Source of the DNA: a virus
Lineage: Duplodnaviria > Caudoviricetes
Length of the DNA stretch: 64,000 nucleotides
Strand: one strand, 5' to 3'
Virus record (IMG/VR): IMGVR_UViG_3300025129_000005
The notes beneath the pieces are model-generated. The model was not told where the DNA came from and did not search any database. It worked only from the letters and a program-made list of their open reading frames with translations. The position numbers and the translations under genes are program-made. Below are positions 28,301 to 37,700 of this stretch, one piece after another; within the stretch, counting starts at the first letter, position 1, and every line of letters begins with the position of its first letter.

Positions 28301-28509
28301 ATCGCAATAAAAAAACACAGGAAGAAATGGGAAGTGTTAATAAGGCGTTGAAGGAGAGTATCAATGTTATGAATAATAACACAGAAAAACAGATTTCTGT
28401 TATCAATAATAATAGTTCTACTAATAGTGTGGTAAATAAAAAACAGATACCTGATGGTGTTGAGAGTATAGCCGTTATGTTTGTTAATAAATCATGGGGG
28501 ATGACATAA
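25345..28509 (+). CDS. Tape measure / hub protein (functional analogue of T4 gp29)
   Basis: ATG 25345 after SD ggag; about 1054 aa; coiled-coil N-terminus, hydrophobic middle, roughly 11/22-aa F/W-periodic repeats (KNGLFDAISTIF, KNGIFGAISSVV, RDGLFDSISSIV, KDGLFGAASKIV); follows the tube and chaperone genes. Confidence 0.8.
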   Translation: MAGNYGLDIKRYLESEKKNIKARSEALRLQAEAEENLSAEKLKMREKGLKVAKEYEKAESERDDLAIKKLKDEIENSKRIIEGIEESKKHHEEIIRQTRLESLRLEKRSEKYKDLGGQISNLAGTISKSLGAEEAYKRTLSEMVIDEIRENKEIAKVYKTGSAEDKDVVFDQMFNKLREVLEKNNPEDKDLIENAIKELTDTHMDELVSKSENMFHPLIKQLKSTAGAVRKQMQNIPLIGRLMSDEMTEHWRSAGKDILGEMNTHLGSILKPIDVLVGPFRSIGKSLMVAFKSLTSGPTEYEKSVVVYLKKIAGDVSEDRSVGIKGWMEQKKQWIGEKKQWLFSRKQWAISQRDKARELYGRKDEVLDGVKKFFKKGLMFVIAAVGLAAGALVKQIIYPFEIMFKSLRAIAKFPLISNFITQASKFINSLPVMGKVLANIGGVIGKVIGIFSRVGSSIGGYIRIGLDFLKKSSLIAESMGKFVKGFKLGLGIIGKALFWVTAIFDFVKGFLNTEGTILDKLWGGIEGVIIGFVKAPVVILSWLFEKVMGFFGVEIKGTADSIMSGVKNILGFVKDSIGFLFKPLMLWWGFIKDMIVIPFTAVFNTIKSVFTGVWDGLEKIFSGDVVEGLWEIIKSINPISILGDFLYNIFDSIVDVFSGIVDKVKDFSGKIGDFISNLIPDWAKNLLGMGKEKKDKAYEAMSDSLNMYDEVSNAGAVGVNERGMSFGTAMKNGYIDIDESRELASQDGKYKVLSREEKSELEKLYKADYERKRDEYLELSKQLKSSDVMGGIKDFFVGIWNDISNFFGKVGEVFTDIKNGLFDAISTIFNRVPEILSDVKNGIFGAISSVVDSFSEVFVVMRDGLFDSISSIVDKIGGIFSKIKDGLFGAASKIVDKVVNIFGFGGDDEGDEKEVSTKINLPETIKSPDIPERKWRGVEEKDRLYNNQTKDEVIPRSRLDGDNKIINKDQTSMVDVAAAKIKYEDDRNKKTQEEMGSVNKALKESINVMNNNTEKQISVINNNSSTNSVVNKKQIPDGVESIAVMFVNKSWGMT

Positions 28510-29240
28510 TGCCAGATTTTTTTCCAGATTTTTATGACGCTAAGTTCAAAGGATCCCCTGATACTTTATGGTTAAGAGTTAGACCTAAAGAATTTAGACC
28601 TAACATACAAAAACAGACCGGTGCTAATGAGGGATCTATCGTGGATGGTATTGATTATAGGTTCCTATTATCAGGATCTGTTAATATAGGCATCGATCAT
28701 ACTTGGACTTCTCTTGATACAATTTCTGGTGAGATTCGAAACCTTAAAGCGAATGTGTCGAAAGCTGTAGCTCAAGCCGGTGCTGCCGGTGGTTCTTCGG
28801 CTGGTAATATTTTTAGTCAGGGTATCAGCAGTAAAAACGATAATCCTTTTATATACGAAGATACTCAGAGAAGAACTGTTAATATTGAATTGAAATTTGC
28901 CACATATAAAGATGCTTCGAAAGAGGTGTGGACTCCTATACAGAATCTTATGAGGTGGTCTTGTGCCGAATCTACCGAATCAGGGTCACTTGCCACTAAT
29001 TTCAAATTTCCTTATGTATTCGAGCTTAGAACTGTAACAGGTTCGGGTGAACTGACAGGTATGATAAATATACCAAATGCTGCATTGACGCAAATACTAC
29101 CTACATACGAGGCACCTTATAAGAATGGATACCCCATGAGCGCCACTGTATCGGTGACATTTTCGGAAATAGATCCTGTGTACAGAAGTTCCTTGGTTAT
29201 CAGAAAAAGTAAAGTTAGCTCTAATGTTCAAGGTGGGTGA
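28509..29240 (+). CDS. gp48: Baseplate tail-tube cap / initiator (gp48-like)
   Basis: TAATG coupling; Y....RR...I...F, FP..FE.., AL..I...Y and G.P....V.VTF.EI tube-initiator pattern. Confidence 0.65.
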   Translation: MPDFFPDFYDAKFKGSPDTLWLRVRPKEFRPNIQKQTGANEGSIVDGIDYRFLLSGSVNIGIDHTWTSLDTISGEIRNLKANVSKAVAQAGAAGGSSAGNIFSQGISSKNDNPFIYEDTQRRTVNIELKFATYKDASKEVWTPIQNLMRWSCAESTESGSLATNFKFPYVFELRTVTGSGELTGMINIPNAALTQILPTYEAPYKNGYPMSATVSVTFSEIDPVYRSSLVIRKSKVSSNVQGG

Positions 29241-29245
29241 TTATA

Positions 29246-29611
29246 ATGACGATTAAAAGAGTTGAGAATGTTTTTAGGAATTTGCCTGTTAACTCAATGT
29301 TAAGGGCTTTTCCTGTTATGGAAGATGAAGATAAAGTGCAACTTCTTAATATTTTCAGACCTTATACCATATCAGCGTTATCCAAAGAGAACCCCTATTT
29401 GTTTGAGTATTATCAGGTAGAAGAGAATGACTTTTTGGATACAATTGCATATAAGTTCTATGGTAACTCTGCTCTATGGTGGGTTGTGGCGGATTTTAAT
29501 GACATAACTAATCCATATGAGGCTCTTGAGGCAGGAACTTTACTAAAACTTATGCGTAGTGATTATTTGTATATATTATATGACGATGTTCAACTTATCG
29601 GAGATTTATAA
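29246..29611 (+). CDS. gp53: Baseplate wedge protein with LysM-like fold (gp53-like)
   Basis: Y.V.E.D.LD.IAYK.YG...LWW.....N.I.NP motif. Alternative GTG start at 29237. Confidence 0.8.
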   Translation: MTIKRVENVFRNLPVNSMLRAFPVMEDEDKVQLLNIFRPYTISALSKENPYLFEYYQVEENDFLDTIAYKFYGNSALWWVVADFNDITNPYEALEAGTLLKLMRSDYLYILYDDVQLIGDL

Positions 29612-30936
29612 TGTCTAATTCTACCGGATGGGAGATTATTGACATTGAGATATATACTACAGGTGTGTTTGAGAGTAAATGGACGTTAAGTTTTACTTCA
29701 ATAGAACAAGCTTATATCATTGAGGATATGTTTTCGTTTAGTATGACTGGTAAGATATCTTTTCATGACAGAATAGGTGTATCTGAGATAGGTCCATTGA
29801 CAGGCGAAGAAAAAGTTAAAATAAAGTATGGTAACACAGACGGTGATGGTAAATATAAGGAGTATACTTTTCATATACTGGAAATACAAAGATTTGAGAG
29901 GAATATAACACTAAATCCCGCAGGTAATGATCTTATAACTCTGATATTGGTTGATGAATATTACCATAAATGGCATTCACATTTTTGGAGTAAATCTTGG
30001 AAGGATACAAAGATAGGTGATATTATTAAAGATATATCAGAAAATCATCTTGGTATAACAGTATTTAATGAGTTTGAATCAACGAAAGAGAAAATAGAGT
30101 ATTTCGATACTCACCAAAGAACTCCCGCAGAATGTATCACATGGTTGATGAATAGGGCAAGTGGATCCATATCAGGCCAACCGGGATACCTGTATTGGAT
30201 GTCTGGTGTAGCAGATTCTACGGAATTTAAACATTCATTTGTTACCATTGAGAAAATGCTGGCTAAGACTGGTTGGATGAAACCTTATGTTGAAACATCA
30301 GGTCTATATTCAGATGGGAATGGTATAGGGTCATATATATTTGATGGCAAAAATCCTGATTTTATCAATAAAATTCGTGATCATGAGGTTAGGAATGTTG
30401 ACTTAAGTTCACTTAAAACCCTTACTGGCGGTAAAGCTTTGGGGTATGATTCGAAGAGAAAAAAACTAATAAAACAAGAGTATACCTATCAAGACGCTCT
30501 GTCTAGATATACTTTGTTAGGAAAATTTTCATTATTTCCTTCGAGTCTTGAGATATCAAAACCTGTCATTATAATAGATGGATGTCATGACGAAAAGATT
30601 TTGGATAACATATGGTACGGTAATTGGATAAAAGAGTATTCTAATCAATTACTGGTAAGTATAACAGTGGACGGTCATGTTGATAGGCATGCAGGAGGAA
30701 TGATTCGTATTATTTGGCCGAGTCATGCCGAAAAGGATTCGGTGTCTGGGTTGTGGACACCCAAAGAAGAGGAATTTAATAAACAGCTTGATGGTAGATA
30801 TATGGTTAAAAGTATAACACATTATTTTGATAAAAATCAATCATATGGATGGCAACAGAAATTAGTGTGTATAAAGAATGGGTACAAAGACACTTTTAAT
30901 AAAAACCTCATACCTGCGTCTAAGAAAAATTTGTAA
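29611..30936 (+). CDS. gp27: Baseplate hub protein (gp27/VgrG-N-like)
   Basis: I.EDMF...M.G.I...D N-terminus and G.Y.V..I.H C-terminus; lies between gp53 and gp5. Confidence 0.7.
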   Translation: MSNSTGWEIIDIEIYTTGVFESKWTLSFTSIEQAYIIEDMFSFSMTGKISFHDRIGVSEIGPLTGEEKVKIKYGNTDGDGKYKEYTFHILEIQRFERNITLNPAGNDLITLILVDEYYHKWHSHFWSKSWKDTKIGDIIKDISENHLGITVFNEFESTKEKIEYFDTHQRTPAECITWLMNRASGSISGQPGYLYWMSGVADSTEFKHSFVTIEKMLAKTGWMKPYVETSGLYSDGNGIGSYIFDGKNPDFINKIRDHEVRNVDLSSLKTLTGGKALGYDSKRKKLIKQEYTYQDALSRYTLLGKFSLFPSSLEISKPVIIIDGCHDEKILDNIWYGNWIKEYSNQLLVSITVDGHVDRHAGGMIRIIWPSHAEKDSVSGLWTPKEEEFNKQLDGRYMVKSITHYFDKNQSYGWQQKLVCIKNGYKDTFNKNLIPASKKNL

Positions 30937-30945
30937 GGAGAGTCC

Positions 30946-32019
30946 ATGTCAAGAATCGATTTAGCTCACATGCAACTAAAAACCAATAAATTTCACGGTA
31001 TATATCGTGGGGTGGTGGAAGACAATGTTGACCCTGATATGATGGGGAGATGTCGTATTAGGGTTTGGGGTCTACATGATGACGTTAAAGTTTCTACCCC
31101 AGAGGAGGGTATACCTACTGACCAATTACCTTGGGCCGAACCATGTCTTGGTCTTATAGAAGGGTCTGTGAGTGGGTTGGGATGTTTTTCCGTGCCATTA
31201 CAAGGGTCACATGTTTTTATGTTCTTTGAGGGTGGTAATTGGGGATGTCCGAGGTTTTTCGCAACCGTACCAGGTAGACCTGTTGATGCCCCTGACACAT
31301 CCAAAGGGTTTAATGATCCTGACGGGGTTTACCCAAAATCCGATAGACTTGATGAACCAGATTATCCTAGACTTTCTCGTGGAGATATTACTGATACAAT
31401 AATCGAAACTCGGAACAACAATCTTGACACGGGCGTATCACTTGCCGGGGGTGGTAGTTGGGATGAACCACAATCAGCTTATGCGGCTGAATATCCTCAG
31501 AATATAGTCATTTCGACTCACGGTGGAATAACCATAGAGATTGATAATACTCTTGATGCCGAAAGGTTACATGTATATCACCCATCAAACACATATATAG
31601 AGATAGATGTTGATGGTAATGTTGTGTTTGGGAATGAGGGTGACAGGTTTGAAATTACGAGACAGACACGGAATAAGCATATAATGGTGGATGATAACGA
31701 AACTATTGATGGGAATAAAACTTCAAAAGTTGGTAGTGACAGAACATCTCATATTATAAGTAATGATGATTTAACTGTTGGTAGTAACTGGTCTATAAAC
31801 GTTGGTGGAAATATTAGCATTAGTGCCGGTGGTAATATAACAATGGACTCAGGTGGAAGTACGGAGATATCAGCGGGTAGTTCTTTAAGTGCTTCGGCTA
31901 GTAGCACTTTCAGTGCATCGGCTGGTAGCACCGCAACAGTATCAGCGTCTGGACCAGCGACATTAGAAGGTTCTGTTGGTGTTGTTAAAGGAACCGCAAA
32001 AACTTTTACGGTGGCATGA
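30946..32019 (+). CDS. gp5: Baseplate central spike (gp5-like), no lysozyme domain
   Basis: YRGVVEDN.DP...GR.R.RV.GLH...LPWA OB-fold; C-terminal 8-residue beta-helix repeats; 357 aa. Confidence 0.92.
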   Translation: MSRIDLAHMQLKTNKFHGIYRGVVEDNVDPDMMGRCRIRVWGLHDDVKVSTPEEGIPTDQLPWAEPCLGLIEGSVSGLGCFSVPLQGSHVFMFFEGGNWGCPRFFATVPGRPVDAPDTSKGFNDPDGVYPKSDRLDEPDYPRLSRGDITDTIIETRNNNLDTGVSLAGGGSWDEPQSAYAAEYPQNIVISTHGGITIEIDNTLDAERLHVYHPSNTYIEIDVDGNVVFGNEGDRFEITRQTRNKHIMVDDNETIDGNKTSKVGSDRTSHIISNDDLTVGSNWSINVGGNISISAGGNITMDSGGSTEISAGSSLSASASSTFSASAGSTATVSASGPATLEGSVGVVKGTAKTFTVA

Positions 32020-32020
32020 T

Positions 32021-32329
32021 ATGGGATATGATATTTTACAGGTTGGTGATTCTGGTTCGGGTGTTTGTACGTCACATAAAAGCCCAAAATCCGTTGTAGG
32101 GACTATAACAACAGGGATAGATGGTGCTGATAAGGATGGTATTTTGTTGGCAAAGGAAGGATCGGTTGTTAATTTAACATGTGGTCATACAGGGACTTTG
32201 ATTGCGTCAGAATCCTCTATGAATGTTAGCGGTGATATTTTAGCAAAATTAGGGGACTCATGGGGTCCAGGTTCTGGTGCTACGACAGGGACAATTACAT
32301 CAACATTAGGTGGAATTTCTGGAGAATAG
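32021..32329 (+). CDS. PAAR-like spike tip protein (gp5.4-like)
   Basis: VGD...G.C..H and CGH.G metal-binding motifs, AKLGD repeat; immediately after gp5. Confidence 0.8.
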   Translation: MGYDILQVGDSGSGVCTSHKSPKSVVGTITTGIDGADKDGILLAKEGSVVNLTCGHTGTLIASESSMNVSGDILAKLGDSWGPGSGATTGTITSTLGGISGE

Positions 32330-32352
32330 GTTTACATGCCTATGGTTTTTAA

Positions 32353-32359
32353 ATAAATA
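32353..32359 (+). promoter_or_regulatory. Late promoter ATAAATA
   Basis: Intergenic, upstream of the SD and ATG of gp25. Confidence 0.5.
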
Positions 32360-32374
32360 AGACAGAGGATGTTT

Positions 32375-32767
32375 ATGTCAAAGATAACATATTGGAAAGA
32401 CTTTGATAACAACTTTACTAGAAAATCTGGTGGAGATGTTAATACTATGTCGAATATTGAAGCCATTTATAATTCGCTGACCAATATTTTTGAAACACTG
32501 AAAGGTGGTAGGCGCATGTTACCGGAGTTTGCTCTACCTTTACATAATATACTATTTGAGCCTATAGATGACATGACCTCACAGGAACTTGGTGAGATGA
32601 TATTAGCCGCTGTTCATTTATGGGAAACTCGTATAGAGGTTGACAATGTTAATGTTATAGGTAGACCTGATAGAAATTACTATGAAATAAATTTAGAATT
32701 TAGAATAGTTAATGACCCTAGTTCTGATACCACAGAGGTATTTACTAGCGTTCTAAGGACAACATAA
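32375..32767 (+). CDS. gp25: Baseplate wedge subunit (gp25 family)
   Basis: D.D.NF.....GDV......EAI.NSL.NI..T.KG.R...PEF.......LFEP and WE.RI motifs. Confidence 0.92.
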   Translation: MSKITYWKDFDNNFTRKSGGDVNTMSNIEAIYNSLTNIFETLKGGRRMLPEFALPLHNILFEPIDDMTSQELGEMILAAVHLWETRIEVDNVNVIGRPDRNYYEINLEFRIVNDPSSDTTEVFTSVLRTT

Positions 32768-34791
32768 TGAGTGTAAAATTTACCCCGGATTATAGAGATA
32801 TTGATTACAAGACAATGGTAGCAAGGCTTAAAACCTTGTTATCAAAATTGGATTCTTTTAAGGATTATAATTTTGAAGGTTCTAATATATCAATGCTTAT
32901 AGAACTTGTCTCATATGTCGGTGATCTCAATACATATTTTACCAATAAATTGGCACAGAACTTACATCCAGAGACTGCAAATGTTTATGAAATAGTCCAT
33001 TCTTTGGTCAAACAACAGGGTTACAATCCAGTGGGGTATGTTGCTTCTGAATTGACGGTTACGATCAGAGTTTACAGGGTTGCTCTTGATGAGTTTGAGG
33101 CTGTATATAATGCTAATGATCAAATATTCATACCACAGTGGTCAATCATTGACACTGGTATAAAGGATGATGTTAATGGTGATAATATTTATTACACTCT
33201 TACTGACTCATATAATTATACTGTAACGGATGATGATGTTACGAATGGTTATATTGAATTTGATGTGGTTTTGAAACAAGGGGTTCCCGTAACATCACCT
33301 TTAACATACACGGGTTCTGATATAGTTGATAATCAGATTATCCTTCCGTTTAAGCAGTATGATATGGGAACATATCCTTATGATTTTTATACACCATCTA
33401 TTGAGGTTCGTGTAGGAACTGGTCAGGATAAATGGGTTCGTATCAATGACTTTTTTGATGGTATTTCTGGTCTTTTGGGTGAAAATAATACCTATATGTT
33501 TTCATATGACAAATATAGACGATATGTTATAAATTTTTCTAATACGAGAAATATACCTGATGTGTCAGATTCTATTCTAGTTTATCCCATAGAAACGCTA
33601 GGTTCTCTTGGTGCTGTTACAGCAAACACATTTTCTGTTGATAGAGATTCAGTAGCTACACATTATATACAAGATAGAGGGATTAGACCGGAAACAACTG
33701 ATATATTGGGGATTGAAACCCCTTTTATGACGAATTTAAGGACATCAACGGTTATTCCTGTTGATAACTATGTAATATATAATGTATCTGGTTCTTCTGG
33801 TGGTTCGGATCCACAAACAATAGATGATCTTAAAATATCAGGATCCTCTGCAGCACAAAATCAACAAAGAAATTGTACGAGATATGATTATAAGGGTAAT
33901 CTTGAATCTAGAGGGGATGTGATTGTTGCCAATGCTTGGGGTGAACAAGAGGCGAATCCCGGAGCATTATATCTTGAAAACTATAACAAGGCATATATAT
34001 CAGTTATACCAGCAGAGTGGTCAAATGGTGTTGCTAATAATGTAACGTTGAAACAATTAAGTGGTAGTGATATTGATGCTTATTTTACTGGTGGTGTGAA
34101 TGTAACATTAGATTTCCCCCTTTCATATAATCCAGTGTGGGTTAATGATATATTATCATATATAGAGCCGAGAAAAATGATAGGTATATATGAGATATTT
34201 GTTACTCCCGAGGTGGTTAAATTTAGAATCGATTTTGGTCTTAAAATCAAAAGAACTTACAACTGGATAGAAGTCAAAGAAACAGTTCTTCGTAAATTAG
34301 AATATTACTTTTCCCCTGACAATAGAGAGTTTGGTGAGGTTATAGATTTTAGAGAAATAATCAATTATTTATTGGATCCTAGTGTAGCATCTAATACAGA
34401 TGATTTTATGTTGGTTCGTGGTATAGATAGTTTGGTTATACGAGACATAATGATACATCGTGATCCTGAGTTGGTTGAAAGACTTAATGTTCAGAATGTA
34501 TGTAATTTTATGGGTGGCAATATGATTGGTCAGTGTAGCAATACAAATTTCAGTGATGAAGCATCATGTAATGCTGCCGGTGAAGCGTGGAGTCTTGTGT
34601 GTAGCTTGGTTCCAGACTCAATGTATATTTACCCGGAGAATGAATTGAGTTATTTTCCTCATTATATAGATCTTGGGTATACACATAGCACTAACGATGA
34701 AACTTATAATGATCTATTACCCATACAATTAGGGTATAAACAATTTCCGCAGCTTGTTAAAGACTTGTGCGTATTTGTAAACGAAGGATAA
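32767..34791 (+). CDS. gp6: Baseplate wedge subunit (T4 gp6 family)
   Basis: DIDY......LK..L.....FKDYNFEGS.IS.LI....Y and GGSDP.TID motifs. Confidence 0.9.
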   Translation: MSVKFTPDYRDIDYKTMVARLKTLLSKLDSFKDYNFEGSNISMLIELVSYVGDLNTYFTNKLAQNLHPETANVYEIVHSLVKQQGYNPVGYVASELTVTIRVYRVALDEFEAVYNANDQIFIPQWSIIDTGIKDDVNGDNIYYTLTDSYNYTVTDDDVTNGYIEFDVVLKQGVPVTSPLTYTGSDIVDNQIILPFKQYDMGTYPYDFYTPSIEVRVGTGQDKWVRINDFFDGISGLLGENNTYMFSYDKYRRYVINFSNTRNIPDVSDSILVYPIETLGSLGAVTANTFSVDRDSVATHYIQDRGIRPETTDILGIETPFMTNLRTSTVIPVDNYVIYNVSGSSGGSDPQTIDDLKISGSSAAQNQQRNCTRYDYKGNLESRGDVIVANAWGEQEANPGALYLENYNKAYISVIPAEWSNGVANNVTLKQLSGSDIDAYFTGGVNVTLDFPLSYNPVWVNDILSYIEPRKMIGIYEIFVTPEVVKFRIDFGLKIKRTYNWIEVKETVLRKLEYYFSPDNREFGEVIDFREIINYLLDPSVASNTDDFMLVRGIDSLVIRDIMIHRDPELVERLNVQNVCNFMGGNMIGQCSNTNFSDEASCNAAGEAWSLVCSLVPDSMYIYPENELSYFPHYIDLGYTHSTNDETYNDLLPIQLGYKQFPQLVKDLCVFVNEG

Positions 34792-34795
34792 GATA

Positions 34796-37700
34796 ATGAA
34801 TAATTTTTGTGATTCACCTTATTTTCTACTAAAAGATTTTGTACTGGAATTAACAAAGCCTTCAATTACTACAACAAACATTCCGTTGTATGTAAATCTC
34901 ATACCTGAGATTAGGTTTAATGATATAATTTATGTCGGAAATGTTGATTATTATAATACCAGTAGACCCGGTGATCCTTTAGCAAAATATCCAAATTTCG
35001 ATGAAGATGTTGATACTGCTAACATATTTGAGAATTCTAATCGTATCAATTGGAATGCTTTTATTGGTGTTAATGGTTTTGTTGGATATCACATTGATGA
35101 CTTGAGTTTACCGGGTGTTGTGTTTAGAGGTCAAGAAAAATCTCTCATCGTTTCAGGTGGATCTCACATTGATCTTTATGCAAAAACTGATGATAAGTTT
35201 GTTGTTGTTAGGCTAAAGCCTTTACATGAGGAGCCTCTTGAAAAAACATATTTCCGTATGGATAAAGTGGAAATAAAAGTTCTGAATTATAATGGAACCT
35301 CTGTTAACTATGATTCTGAGTATACAGAAGGATATGAACCGATTTTACCTAATGGGTATCCGTCAGATACTGATGGGGATGATAGCTATGATGGGTCAAG
35401 ATCATATAGATATCAGACGTATGATTATACGTATACCACAGAATTTGCTACAAATACAGTATTAGAACCGGGAACAGAATTATATTTTAGAAAAGATAGT
35501 TACTTTCATGAATGGTTGCGTGATGGGGATAAAGCATCAAAATTTTATAAGGATGCATTTGACGAAGATTTTATTGCGAGAAACTATGTAAACACTGATA
35601 AAATGTTTATATATTTCGGCAAGGTCTATAATTCTGATACAGAGAGTGATACAATTCCGAGATATCAAGTTGTTTTTAGTGGGTTAAAGGATTGGATTGC
35701 TAGTGCTTTGCCTCCAAACAATCGTAAAGAGTTGTTTATAGAGTTTCTTGATACATATTTTGATATGGTATATGGGGAAGGGTATCAACAACTCAAAGAT
35801 GTTTGGTCACTTCGTGATGCCATGGAGTGTAATGAAACCTTTTTGAGTTACGTTCCAACATTTTATGGAATAGAAAGATACGATGATATTCCAACATGGT
35901 TTACCGATATATACAGAGAATATGCTCGTGATGTTGTATGGTTGCTGAAACGTAAAGGAACCTATGCATCGATGTATATCATTAAAGATCTTTTTTGTAG
36001 AAATACCGAAAATAAATTTGATGTATATGAGAGATGGCATGATAAAGATATTCAGATAGATAGTGAACCGTATTCTGGCGATTATCCCATAACAGTTCAA
36101 AGTGATAAATGGTCAGTAAAATCAACAGAAAACGGGATAACTACCGTTAATAGTACTCAAAGTACTATAACATTTGATATCCCGACAGGTCAAAGCTCTG
36201 TTGTTACTCTCGATAGAAATTTTATTGACAGCAGGGAAAGTTTTAGTCTTAGTACCTCGATGTCTCTTGAGACTGTAATACCTGTCACTGAGTATTCGGT
36301 TACAGGAGATCCTCAGATTCAACCCCCAACAAATATAAGGTTTAATTGTATATCCGGTATGTTGTTATGGGATGCTAGTACAACAATAGGTGTTACTTAT
36401 ACGATAGAAAAATCTAATAATAATTTTAGAGAATTTGAAACTGTTGTTGAGGATATAACGGACACCTCGTGGCTTATAGAGAAGTATGCATATGGCGATA
36501 CGTATGTTCGTATTTTATCAAAAAAAGTTGCTGCGAACACAACAGAAAACAACACTATATCGATGTTACAGGGCAATCCGATATTATATGATTATGATGA
36601 TGAACGTCTTGGAATATATCTTCATGGCAATGTGGTGTATTCATATCGACCACGATCCCCGGTACCTCAAACAATAAACCCGATAAACAATAATGGTGAG
36701 GGTTATATTTATAGTACTGATTATACGGCAACAGAAATTGATGTTGAAATAAATGCCGGTAGTGTTAGTGTTTTACCTTCAAATTCATATCAAGTTGGTG
36801 AAGTTTTAAGTTTGAGTGGATCTTCTGGTGGTACAGGGGCTTCTATTATCGTTAATAGTATCAACTCTAATACCGGTGAGATAGTGGGCTATACATTAAA
36901 TAAAATTGGTTCAAAGGATTATACTGCAAATTCACCTTTTTTATTGAATAGTTCAGTTAGCACAGGAAAAGGTGCCGTTTTCAGGATTGACCATGTTTTG
37001 ACTAGTTTGTCTTATAATGGGGTTCCATCACAACAGGGAAGTGATTACGGGTCGGGTGGTAACAATATTAATACTTCCGGTGGTAGTGGTGGTGGTCTTA
37101 CAGTTAACTATCAAACTAATCAACATCAGGGTAAAGTACTAAGAGTATCAGCTTTATCTATTTCAAATGTCGTTCCTTATGATTCAGGTAATCATATTGT
37201 AAAGGTCTATAGCGATGCGGCGTTTACTAGTTGGAAAGGACTTAAGGTTTTAGTTAGCATAAGCACCACCAACGTGTGGTCACCTCTTAGTGTAGTTGAC
37301 TCTGGATCCACCAACACGTATTCTAACAATGAGACTGGATATTTAAACGCTAATGAGTTTGGTGGTAGTGGTAGTCTCCTAGTTAAAATAACGACATCAA
37401 CCGAAACAGACAGTAATACAACGGGAACTGATGGTGTGGTTCTGACTATGAAACTTTTCGAATCGGCTAAGTCTTATGATATACGAGATGTTGATGGTAA
37501 GTCTTATGATGACTATCCAATGCCCGCAGAAGGGTCGAATGTGGTTCCTTGGAGATCTAATGTACCCATTTACTACCCGTATAGTACCGACCTTACCATT
37601 GATAATACAAATAATTCTAATATGAAGATAAATTTTAGGATTGTTAATCAAAGAGCGGAAATACAGTATTTAGTTAATACATCAAATCATAAGGATACTT